Source: Cirrosporium novae-zelandiae (lineage: Eukaryota). Taken from it: a stretch of DNA of 64,000 nt. Position 1 is the stretch's first letter. Each line of letters opens with the position of its first letter. The position numbers and the translations under genes were made by a program. The notes below the pieces were generated by a model. The model was not told where the DNA came from. It worked only from the letters and a program-made list of their open reading frames with translations, and made no database searches. The DNA lies in contig JAPETS010000043.1 in the NCBI GenBank assembly GCA_026023565.1, forward strand, positions 124,001-188,000. Reading direction: 5' to 3'. Shown in pieces: positions 1-10,507 of the stretch.

Positions 1-1482
1 CACCTCCGCACCGCGAGCTTGATGACCTGCTGTGGCTAGGACTAGGAGATCAAAGGCAGGCAGAGGCATAGTACGTAGCTTGACGACGTAAGGAGCATCG
101 AGAATACATCCGAGTGTCCCCGCCGCTTCATAATTCAGCTTGGTATCCTCGACCTGAGAATGAGACCCTGCTGCCATATCACAGACAATCAAACAGCATG
201 AGCCAACTAAGACACCGGTTTCCTGCCAGTTGAAAATCATCTCTCGCATGGCCGATAGATCTCGCGGCACCATATTCGTAAAGGTCTTGTACTTCTGGGC
301 TAGCCAGAGCGGTCGTGAGTAGCCCTGACCGCCGTCAACTCCAACAACCTTGATGCCCTTGGCGGCAAGGACTTGCGACATATGGCCTGGTCGGTCCCCT
401 AGAACGAGGACGTATTCATCTCTCCCAGCTTGCATTTCCTCCAATAGAGTCTTGAGTAGCTGGCCTAGATACTCTAGCTTTTCTTTGCCGACCGTGGGGC
501 GGACAAGTAGACAATCGGTGAGGTCTGGGGCGAATCCGGTGGATTCGCTGAGGTCACGTGTGTAGCCAGGGGGGACAGGAAGGGGTTCAGGAGATTTGGA
601 AGAAGTATAGATGCTAGATCTATAGGTATTAGAGCAAGATCTTTCTATCTTTATGTTAGCATCGGCGTTTTTGCTATTTTCAAGGTTGGAGCTATCCCCC
701 ATTAATTCCCCGTCAGAATCCAGAGATCCTTCTTGCATGTCCATAGCGTGTTCTTCGTCACGAGGCCCACGCTGGCTCTCTCTCATATCAATAACGGCGT
801 TGGGTAATTTTGAGGGTGTGGGAGTCAAAGTATAATCTTGAGATGGCTGCCCATCATCTTCAGACTGAGAACCTTTAAGTGATTTAGGGGATGCCGATCT
901 TATATGTGTATCATCCCCGAACTCCTTCATCCACGCATCAAAAAAGTTGTTTTCTTCGGCTCTCTTTTTTCTCCCACGCCCTCTCTGAAATGTTACAATG
1001 TTTTCGACGTTACAGAGCGAACGCAATGGCTGGTGCGGCATTTCATCTCTTGCATTACATCCTTTTATAAAGTCTTCAAGCAATCTGGCTATTGGGCCAC
1101 ATCCTATCGCGGGGACTTGAGGGTTATCACTTTTGAGAACTTCGAGGGTGAGGGGAATTTCCCATATTGACATAAGGCCTTGGAAGTATAATTTAACTTG
1201 CAAGTTGACACCGGTGGGGAATCCAAGAAGAGATTGGATGAATAGTAACGGTTCAGATGTGGTGGGAACAACAGCTGGGCCATTTGTAAATGGCAAGGTT
1301 ATATCAAGATCCTGGGCTTTATTTCCTGCTTTTATATGAGATAGCCTAGTGACATAAATAGTCGTAGTGGTTAACGAGAATTCGTAACCATTAGAGGAGT
1401 TAATTTCGACCTTGAAAGGTAAGGTCCAAAATTTACCGGCTATGTTAGAAACAATGTAGTATGCTGACACCGAAGTCTTCAT
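1..1482 (-). CDS. Intronless ORF (>=494 aa, 3' end beyond window start); unknown N-terminal region plus C-terminal RrmJ/FtsJ-fold SAM-dependent 2'-O-methyltransferase domain, possibly virus-derived
   Basis: Hand translation of the minus frame finds no stop from 1521 down to 1; first ATG is at 1482. The C-terminal part reads GKEKLEYL...YVLVLGDRPGHMSQVLAAKGIKVVGVDGG...LIVCDMAA...YVVKLR...HQARGAEV, i.e. a SAM-binding motif plus a K-D-K-E tetrad. Confidence 0.75.
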   Translation of the reverse strand, partial: MKTSVSAYYIVSNIAGKFWTLPFKVEINSSNGYEFSLTTTTIYVTRLSHIKAGNKAQDLDITLPFTNGPAVVPTTSEPLLFIQSLLGFPTGVNLQVKLYFQGLMSIWEIPLTLEVLKSDNPQVPAIGCGPIARLLEDFIKGCNARDEMPHQPLRSLCNVENIVTFQRGRGRKKRAEENNFFDAWMKEFGDDTHIRSASPKSLKGSQSEDDGQPSQDYTLTPTPSKLPNAVIDMRESQRGPRDEEHAMDMQEGSLDSDGELMGDSSNLENSKNADANIKIERSCSNTYRSSIYTSSKSPEPLPVPPGYTRDLSESTGFAPDLTDCLLVRPTVGKEKLEYLGQLLKTLLEEMQAGRDEYVLVLGDRPGHMSQVLAAKGIKVVGVDGGQGYSRPLWLAQKYKTFTNMVPRDLSAMREMIFNWQETGVLVGSCCLIVCDMAAGSHSQVEDTKLNYEAAGTLGCILDAPYVVKLRTMPLPAFDLLVLATAGHQARGAEV

Positions 1483-2379
1483 GTTGAGGACTGTGAATTT
1501 GAGGTAAGGTCTTGAAATGAGTTAAGCCTCAGTAAAGATGGAATTAATAAGGGGGACTATATTAAATCCTTATGATGTTGCTGCTTCGATCTATCAGTAT
1601 AAGCTAGGATGAGAAGAACAAGAAAAGTTCTAGTTGTTAGGATAAACACGGGGCATCTATGTGACCCAAGGTAGTCGCAACTCATGCAAATATGAAAATT
1701 CACCTCGTGCATGTGTGTTTGTAAATAAATATATTCACTTTTTCCCATGCTTTCGTTAAGGCATGTAGGCAAGAGGTGCTTGCCGACGGGTGATGGAGTG
1801 AGTTTGTTTGTCTAATTACTGTCCTTATAGCCATCCATGGAATTAGAGGTTGCTGTACCTTGGTGTCATTAATGTTTGCCTTGAGGCTCAAACAATGAAG
1901 AGTAAAATGTTTCATTCATGAGGTTATAAAACAGAATGCTATATGTATACCAAATACATTATATTGCAGGAAAACTTGAAGGAAAGGACTCCTAATTCGG
2001 AGGCGCTTCATCGGATTCTCGGTATCCCGAAGCTCCGAAGCCACTTGGGGTATTTTCAGGCCATTGTTAATCCCGACCTTCCGTGAGTCGAGGTTGGTAG
2101 GCCCGACAATAGGCCCGACAGTAGGACAAAGTAAGCCGATTACCGCTTACTTGCAGCGTTTACTCAAAAATATATAGACTTGTTAAGGATCTCTCAAGGA
2201 TTCCCCAAGGATCCCCCAAGGACTCGAATACCTCTCCATCCATGCTGTGCACGCAAAACCCCTCACAGTACGGAACAATTATGCCACCTCATTACGAACT
2301 GTATCAAGTGGCAATGGGCCATATTCCCCTACAAAATGGCAGCAAACGCTTCTTGATCTCTTGAATCAATACTCTTCAG

Positions 2380-3849
2380 ATGAATATGGAAGCACCCAAA
2401 AAGAATTTGCACATTGTGATCCTTGGAGCAGGCACAGTACTCAATGAGCCAAGAACCCCCTGCTGTCTGACTCTGGCTGCTAATAATATTTTAGACTGGC
2501 CTTCTCATCGCTCAAGGCCTCCAGAAGGTACATTGAACCCCCCATGGATAAAGTCGAAAGGTCAACTGGCCCAGAGTATAGCCCTTTTTAACTAGAAGCA
2601 GAATGAGATATCCTTCTCCGTCTATGAACGTCAAGATGAGAACACCTATAAAAATCATCCTCGTCAATGGGCCATGGGTCTTTTTTGGGGAGCGGATGAC
2701 ATACAGGCCACCCTCCCCATGAATCTGCGAAACCGATTCAACGAAATTAAAGCTGACCCTAACTATGTGCCTTCACCAGATATGTCCAATTGGTGGCCTA
2801 TGTACAATGGCAAAACGGGGGAACTGATTACGAAAATACAAGCCGGTCAGACGGGCACAGCTAGAGTAAGTCGAACAAAAATGCGAAGACTCTTCGCGGA
2901 AGGCCTGGATGTTCAATATGGCAAAAGCGCCATGGATATCAAAAATGATGGGGCAAAGGTCACCGTCTATTTTGCAGATGGTTCAACGGTAGAGGGGGAT
3001 GCGGTTGTGGGTTGTGATGGTATCCGTAGTCTAGCCAGAAACATTCTTCTTGGTCCAGAAAAAGCCATGTTGGAAATTATGCCTTGTCGGGTTGTGAATA
3101 TTGCACAAACGTACACAGCCGATCAAGCGGTATACCTTCGATATGCGCTTCACCCCATCGTCAAACTCGCAGCCGGACATCCGAGCTCACCTTCTATGTG
3201 CATTCTCAGCCTACTCGACGTTGTCGATGAATCTCAGCCCGAGACGTGGGTCTTCCAAGTCTTCTTCAGCCTTTGGGGGCCTACTGACCAACCGGCCGAT
3301 AATTCCGAGCGCCTCGCTCTCTTCAAATCCGCAGCGTCGGTATATGCTGAACCTTGGCGGTCGGCAGTGTTATGGGTCAAGGATGACACCTTCGTTCCGC
3401 CAGATGTGATTAGTTATTGGAAGGATCCTGTGAAATGGTCGAATTGGAATGGGAGGCTAACTATGGCTGGAGACAGTGCTCATCCCATGCCACCTTGTAT
3501 GTCTTTTGTTTGGGCAAAGGCAATCCCCTACATCTATCAGTCCTTTCCCTTAAGATCCCATTAACTCACCTCGGACCCAGATCGAGCCCAAGGCCTCAAT
3601 AATGCCATGCAAGACGCCGGTCACTACGTGACATCAATTGTATCCGTTTGCCAAGGCGAGCAGTCTTTAAACGAAGCCATCACCATATACGACGACGAGG
3701 TCTTTGAACGTGGTATGAAAGAGATCAAACGTTCGGCCGCAGCGGGACCAATGATGCATGATTGGAGACAGGTAAAGGACGCCCCCATAGCTAAATATGG
3801 GGTGGTGAAGATACAGGAAGTTTCCAACATCGCGCAGGCTGCGGCTTGA
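2380..3849 (+). CDS. FAD-dependent monooxygenase (salicylate hydroxylase/PHBH-like family), 3 introns
   Basis: The spliced model gives HIVILGAGTTGLLIAQGL (GxGxxG), VVGCDGIRS (DG motif) and LTMAGDSAHPMPPYRAQGLNNA (GD motif). Introns: 2437-2494, 2528-~2601 and ~3497-3580. Confidence 0.9.
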
Positions 3850-4292
3850 TCGGAGGAACGGGTGATAGTGAACATTCTCTGTAGTATTAAAGGCTTGTTG
3901 TAGGGAGGACTGGGAGACTGTAAAATTTCTTTTATGATGATTGATGTTTTGACTATTCAATGACACAAAGTTAGTTTGTTTTCCAGCACATCGCTATCCA
4001 TGGGCACATGCCTAAACTACTATCTACGTCAGTTGTAACCCGCCCACACTTGATTATAGCAGGACATGCGTTTCAAAATCCTCAGAAAGCTCTCAACATA
4101 ACCAAGAATATCGACTTTTCATTTTTAACCCAAAACCAGAACAAACCTCCCTGTAAGAAAAGAAACTCACATCATCGTGATATCGTACAGTACAGATGCA
4201 ATGATTTGATTAAAAATACAAGGGCTCCTCCGTCCACCCTACCCTGAACGCATCCAACATTCATAACCCTCTACTCCACCCATTTCAAAATT

Positions 4293-4868
4293 CTACTGCC
4301 TCCCCCCCATCTGCTGCTGATACCCCGACGGGAACTGCCGCCCCTGTCCTTGTCCCTGCCCCTGCGCCATCCTCATCGGATACTGTTGCTGCTGTGGTTG
4401 TTGTTGTTGTTGCTGCGGATATCCCATGGGCATCGGTTGTTGCTGCGGCGGGTACTGCGGATACTGTGGATACTGCTGCTGCTGTTGTGGATACCCCCCA
4501 TAAATCTGCTGCTGCTGCGGCGGATAACCAGGTTGCGGATATCCCGCTGGAATCTGTTGCTGTGGTGGGACTTGTTGACCTTGCTGCGGTTGGCCGCCCC
4601 CGAGAAGTCCTCCCACTAGGGGTTGGGTTACCCCGCCCACAAGACCGGTCACGGGTTGGGCGACTCCGTTGACTATGTTTCCGACGGGTTCGAGGAGTCC
4701 TCCGAGGAGACCTAAGAAGGGGGAATGTCAGTTGGGTGGGGGGTTGAAAAGGAGGGTGGGAGGTGAAGGTCTTGGGGGGGGGGGGGGGTTATTTAAATTG
4801 GTTTTGGATTTCTTACCTCCGCCGCCTTGACCTTTGTTTCCACCACCACCGCCTAGAAGTCCAGCCAT
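4293..4868 (-). CDS. Small Gly-rich then Gln/Pro/Tyr-rich low-complexity protein, 1 intron
   Basis: ATG at 4868 (MAGLLGGGGGNKGQGGG). A GTAAG...TTAG intron joins it to GLLGGLLEPVGNIVNGVAQPVTGLVGGVTQPLVGGLLGG followed by a Q/P/Y-rich tail. Confidence 0.7.
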
Positions 4869-6053
4869 TGTTTTATATATGGTTGAAGAAGAAGTAAATA
4901 AATAAATATATGTCAAATTAGTCTTTGGGTATTCGTGCTTGGAAGGGATTTCTTTTGTTTGTTGCTGTAAAAGTGGAAAAAGGCTGTGATGTGAAGCAAA
5001 ATTTAATCACTTTAGAGGTGTATGGATTGTTTAAAAATTGTGTATTTTGAATGAATATTGAAGAGGAAAGCAAGATAGCTAGATGGAAAAGATGGAGCAA
5101 TATAAAGTACTGTATTCTCTCCCTCCCCCCTCCTCATCCTCTTTACAGAGAGGTGATATAGGGTTACGTCAAATCAATAGGATTAGCAGAATGAATGATG
5201 GTAGAAGGTCAGTGGGGTGTTTCCATAAATTACGTCATTCGGGCGGTGGGAAGTTGATGCGCCAAACGTACAGTACATCATAGTAATCGCAGCGTTCAAG
5301 GATCAGATAAATACTTCAGTATCATGTACCTGGCATCTGGTCTTTAATTTGTTAGTCTTTGAACATCTTTGAACTCAGCAGTCTACTCGAGTAGATGATG
5401 GGTTTTCGTAAAAACCGGATTGTCATTTTTCAATAGGGATTATGCCCCCATTGGCGGATCGGTTGTTTGGGCCCCGACGGTGATGTTTTTCCGGGTTTAT
5501 TTCTTGTTTTTTGTTAATTAAAGATTACTGTGGGAGAAATAATCTTTATCCTAGAGTTGTGGCCGCATCTGCCCTTCTAGAAGGGTTACTGATGGTGGAT
5601 GAGATGGGTTTCTGGATCGAAGCTATGATGAGGTGCCTGCTAGGATTGGGGTATTTAGTCGCTAAGTATTTGTGGGGAACGAGGTAAAATGGGGTTTGAT
5701 ATACTTGGGGACACGTACCTTCGAAATTGGGTGAATCAAAGAAGCGGCTTATTAAATCGTCGGTACCCTTATTTTCTCCAAAATTGTAATGTTCTTGCGC
5801 GATTAGAAAGGAAAGTCTCATTACAACAGGATCCTTTGGCAAAGAATAGTTTGAGTCGTGTTCCAAGGCAGTTATAAAATAAATTGTGGGTGGAGAGAAT
5901 AAGCATTCGATGTCCACCTATCTTCAAATCTTCAAGTCATATCACATATCACATATCACATCTATGCAGGGTATGGACAACCTCAGCCAGGGGTGCGAGC
6001 CCCATTAGCAAATGGGAGCTCGCAATATCACCATGCAACTCTAGCCTACCATT

Positions 6054-7215
6054 TTACTCGCCAGGCAATGCCCTCATTACTCCTTCGAAAGCCACAAGAG
6101 CCATTGCGTTTGCCGGAAACGCCCTTAAAAAGCACGGCAAGAATCCCCTCCAATAGCCTCTAAATCCATTTTCTCTCCAGACCGCTCTATTTGCTTCTCT
6201 CCATGTCCGAAATTTTTTCGTTCCATCGTTCAGAGCACCCCCCAGAGGGTCTGTCATTATTCTTTGCTTTATTACATCAGATGGATAGCTCGTAATCCAG
6301 AAAATCTGTGCACTAAGGCCACCAGCCCAGAAATTTATCACAGGTTCAGACAAAGAGGTTCGTCTGCGAAAAAGTTTTGAGATTATGTCGTAGGAGCCCC
6401 ACCAGAAGAAGAAGAAAGTCCGGAATAGGAGAGTGGCTGTTAGGCCATGATATAGTCCTTGGATTCCATGAGCTGAAAGAATTCGTGAACTACAGTGAAT
6501 GGGTCCAGTGTAGAGGCGCTGGCCTTTTGCCTTGTACTGGATTTGAAGCCTGGCTTTGACATGTTCTATCGGAGCTGCCAAAAAGGAGACGGTCCATCCA
6601 GCAAATGTTCCAGCAATTGCATGACCTAGGGATGGAAGAGGAGCATTGGAAGGGTAGACGTGGGTGGAGAGAAGGCGTCGGTATTGAGTTAATGAACCAA
6701 GCATGCTTGTGGAGGTCAGCAGAGGAAGTCAGACACTTTGTTAGAGAGATATACAGTGAGTCCATCATCATCCAGCCGATAAGAGGAGGCGTTGCGCCTT
6801 TGTAAAGACCTGGAACACCCTCCTTGCGGAGGGTTTGTAGGAGGCAGTCCAAGGGGCCATTGAAGTGGGCATTTGTAGTTGTTTGAAGGCGGACCTTGAC
6901 GGTGTCAAAGCTGAAGGTGTAGAGTTAGTATTTCTCCTTAGATATAGTACACTCAAGGCAATTGAAATGCATACGGATGCCCAACTATGATAAGAGGTTA
7001 GTATAAATTGGCATTGCAAATTTCAGGGTCCAGAACTAAGATGCGTTGCAATTACCACTCAGTTTGGCAATGCCCGAGAATACACCTGCTACAAAGCCCT
7101 TGTATTTCCTTTTGTTTGCGTCTTTTGTGGGTGGATGATCGACGGTGGGGACATTGCCATTGCTAATGCGGAGGTTACTGGCGCCGTTTGGATGGCCCAC
7201 CGAAGAGGACGACAT
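6054..7215 (-). CDS. Mitochondrial carrier family protein (carnitine/acylcarnitine or Ymc1-like), 3 introns
   Basis: Three Px[DE]xx[KR] signatures (HPFDTVKVRLQ, APIEHVKARLQ, YPSDVIKQRIM), plus GLYKGATPPL and LRAFPANA. Includes a 10-nt micro-exon at 6975-6984. Confidence 0.92.
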
Positions 7216-7775
7216 GGGGCTAGCAAAGGTCCAGAAAGGGAAAGACAAGCGAATGAAGATTTTGTGTGGAAGGTTTTGGAAGCATTGAAATGTGTGGGTG
7301 TGAGTTTGATTAAATTGTTCAAAAAATATTCGTTATCAGTCAGATAATAGCTTGATAATATGAATCTCTTTAATTGGTATTTGCTCTTACATCGTACTAT
7401 GTAGAATTTGATGACCGCATAGACCGTAGATTTAGAGTCCCGATCGCGTGGAATTCTTTATCTCCGATTGACCTACTTACTTGCCTTGGTTCCTTTTTCT
7501 TTCTCCCTTGAAGCCGACGGCCGGAGAGTGATTTCACTAAGTTCCTATGTACGACGCCATATTATTAGACTATTAGACAGTGCAACCATAATGAAGACGC
7601 AATCCGCCCCTCGTTCCAGGATAATGACTACAAGACAATCTCTCTCGTCTCCTTTCACCACCTCTCTTTACTCCACTCTAAACTCTTTCTCTCTCTTTTT
7701 ATTTCAAAATGCTATTCACTCCTTGACAAATAGACTCTGCAGCTTCAGGCATCCATCATTTAAAACTCTTGAAAC

Positions 7776-8841
7776 ATGGCATCGTTGCTAAACCAATCAC
7801 CAGAAATGGTGATTGACTCTCCAAAAGGTTAGATATATCATATATGTGCTGATCTTGGGGTTCATAAGTCTCTAACTCAGTGCTAGTTTGGACCACGCTA
7901 ATCACAAACACCAAATATCTCTCCGGCCTACTCACATTAGACTATTCCTTAAAGAAGCATGGTTCCAAGTATCCATTAATTGCCCTATACACGGACCAAT
8001 TCCCCGCAGAAGGGCATGCTGTTCTCGACAGGCGTGGCATTCCGAAGAGGAAAGTCAACTACTTGCTTCCTACAGTTCATAAGGACTACAGTAACGACAC
8101 GCGGTTCTATGACTGCTGGAGCAAGTTGACACCCTTTTCATTAGTCGAGTATGACAGGGTAGTGCAATTGGATAGTGATATGTTAGTTCTAAAAAACATG
8201 GATGAACTCATGGAAATTGAACTTGATCCACCAGAACTAGGAGGGACGGGGGAGAGGGTGTTCGCTGCAGGTCATGCTTGCGCGTGCAACCCTCTCAAGA
8301 AACCACACTATCCAAAGAACTGGTATATTTCAAACGGCGCTCTTTATCTTGCAAAAGTTAGACTAAATTATGCGACAGGATACCTGAGAATTGTGCTTTC
8401 ACGACACAGCATTTAAACCCAGATGACGCCCAGCTTCACGGCCCTTCATCGACAACAGCTTTCGGAATGCCAAATGGCGGCTTGCAGGTTGTAAACCCGT
8501 CGGCAAAGACCTACAATTTGATACTCTCGCAACTGGAAAAACCTTCAAGAATAGAGAGCTATGAGTTTGCCGATCAATCCCTCCTAGGCGACACATTCTG
8601 GGGACGATGGGTAGCTCTGCCCTACATATACAATGCGCTCAAAACCTTACGATGGAAAAATGTTCACGCGCCTATTTGGAAAGACGACCAAGTGAAGAAT
8701 ATCCATTACATCCTAGCACCAAAACCCTGGGATGAAACCTTAGAAACTACTACGGATGAGTCGCATAAATGGTGGTTGGCCGTGAATCAAGAAAGATTGG
8801 AGGCGGAGAAGGAGAAGGGAATTGATGGTGACGGGTTTTGA
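7776..8841 (+). CDS. Glycosyltransferase family 8 protein, 2 introns
   Basis: VWTTLITNTKYLSGLLTL, CWSKL, EYDRVVQLDSDM (DxD), PNGGL, FADQSLL, LPYIYNALK and IHYILAPKPW are GT8 motifs. Introns at ~7828-7885 and ~8323-8378. Confidence 0.9.
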
Positions 8842-10507
8842 AGTTCCCCACACAGCGACTTGTTTAAACCAGCTTAGAACCTTGCCAACTGCCAGACAGC
8901 CTTTAGAGTAGGGCATCAAACGAAGGGGCGAGCCATGACTACCACTAGCGTTGATCCTGAGATGAAAACCAGGTATCGGTCTCTATATTGCTGGAAGATC
9001 TGTTCTATGAGCGATTCATCGTCACGGCTCGCCTTTAGCCCAAACACCCTATGCTTTTCACATCAAGCATCCGTGCCGACCTCTTTTTCGAAAGCTATGA
9101 TTTACTAAGCCAAACTTTTCGATGAAGATACTGACTAGGGTAGTCCCCAATTGCTCTCTTTTCAACTCATGCTAATGATTATCGGCTAACACTTGCTAAC
9201 ACCTTTTAGATTCACAGTGACAGGTCGGGTGACAGGACTCCATATCTTTTATCCATTATTGGCTGTGTGTTTTTAGTTAGGATTCGATTTACAGGACCAC
9301 CTCCTAATTGGTTTCCCCTGGCCGAAGGATAGGGAGGGCCTCCCCAATATCCCACCTTTTCGTTCATAAAAGATGTTGTCTCCAGTATACTATTCTTCAG
9401 AAATTAGCTTTTCAATAATCATGACTATTATCCAATGAGATAAATCTGATTGGCAAGAATTTAACTTGCCCTTTTATTTTCAATGCCAATCTTCAATTCA
9501 TCCTTCAAATTTCCCCTTAAAAAAAACCAAACCAAATTCTATTATTGGACACATAAAATGTTTATTCAGAAAAGGGTGATATCCTTAAAAAAAGAAATTA
9601 TAACTGGCAGAAAGGTAACGAAGTGTATGCATAGGCTTTACTTGGGGTCTCCTTTCGTCGACGATTGAAACTTAAAAAATCCACATGTTTCAACATTTGG
9701 TCATTTCCAAGTACTTGGCACTTCCCCACGGGGACTCCTCTTCTGATGATACACAAGCTGGGTTGTACAGATATCAACAACTTGTGGGAATAGCCCTGAA
9801 AATTCACTCTCAAGTCCATGTGACATTCATATACATATTCATCATTTGCAAAGACATGGGACAAGGTATCATTTACTTAGTCTATACTGCAAGTACAACT
9901 CAACCACCTCAACCATCTCAACAACCCTAATGGTCCTGAGTATCTAAAGGATAGGTTTCTGATTTGCTGGTGTCATTGCTTTCTGTCTGTTTAATGTTGA
10001 ATATGTTGGTGGCTTTTAAAAAAGTACCAAATCTGATTTTCCAAGACAAATAATGATTCATTCATCTCAATATTAATGGTGTTTGGCTATTAGATTTTCG
10101 TGAAAAAGCAGTACCATTCAATGAATAGATGAAGAAAAAAAGCAACGTGATGCGTTTCTTTTCTTAATTATTGCTCTGAACTGCTTGGATTCTTCAAATT
10201 GCTAGTAGGTGGCAACTTCTAGCCCCCGCCGTGCGCTGGAGGGGCGAATCGCACAACAAACCGTTGGCTAGGGTTAACGAACTATCATCTTGAGGCGCAG
10301 TGATATATCACTATAGTGAAAAGTGGTCTGTTCATATGATCATAATCTTCGTTGATGATTTTTTTTTCTTTTTTCTTTTTCCTTTTTCGGTACGACCAGT
10401 CGAATTATAAAGAGAAGCTATATCTCTAGCAAATGTCTGCCTCTGTGTTCATATCGACAGTCAAAGGAATATAGTCTACCACTTGAATATTCAATTCCAA
10501 GGACACG

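Noticed and set aside
2431..2494. Possible non-canonical GC-AG first intron in the FAD monooxygenase
   Set aside because: A canonical GT donor at 2437 restores the frame (GAGT|TGLL).
9350..10100. Possible degraded retrotransposon (CpG-poor DNA; fragments LKDEL and RYQQLVG)
   Set aside because: The motifs are too short and lie on opposite strands. No LTR, TSD or continuous domain can be supported by eye.
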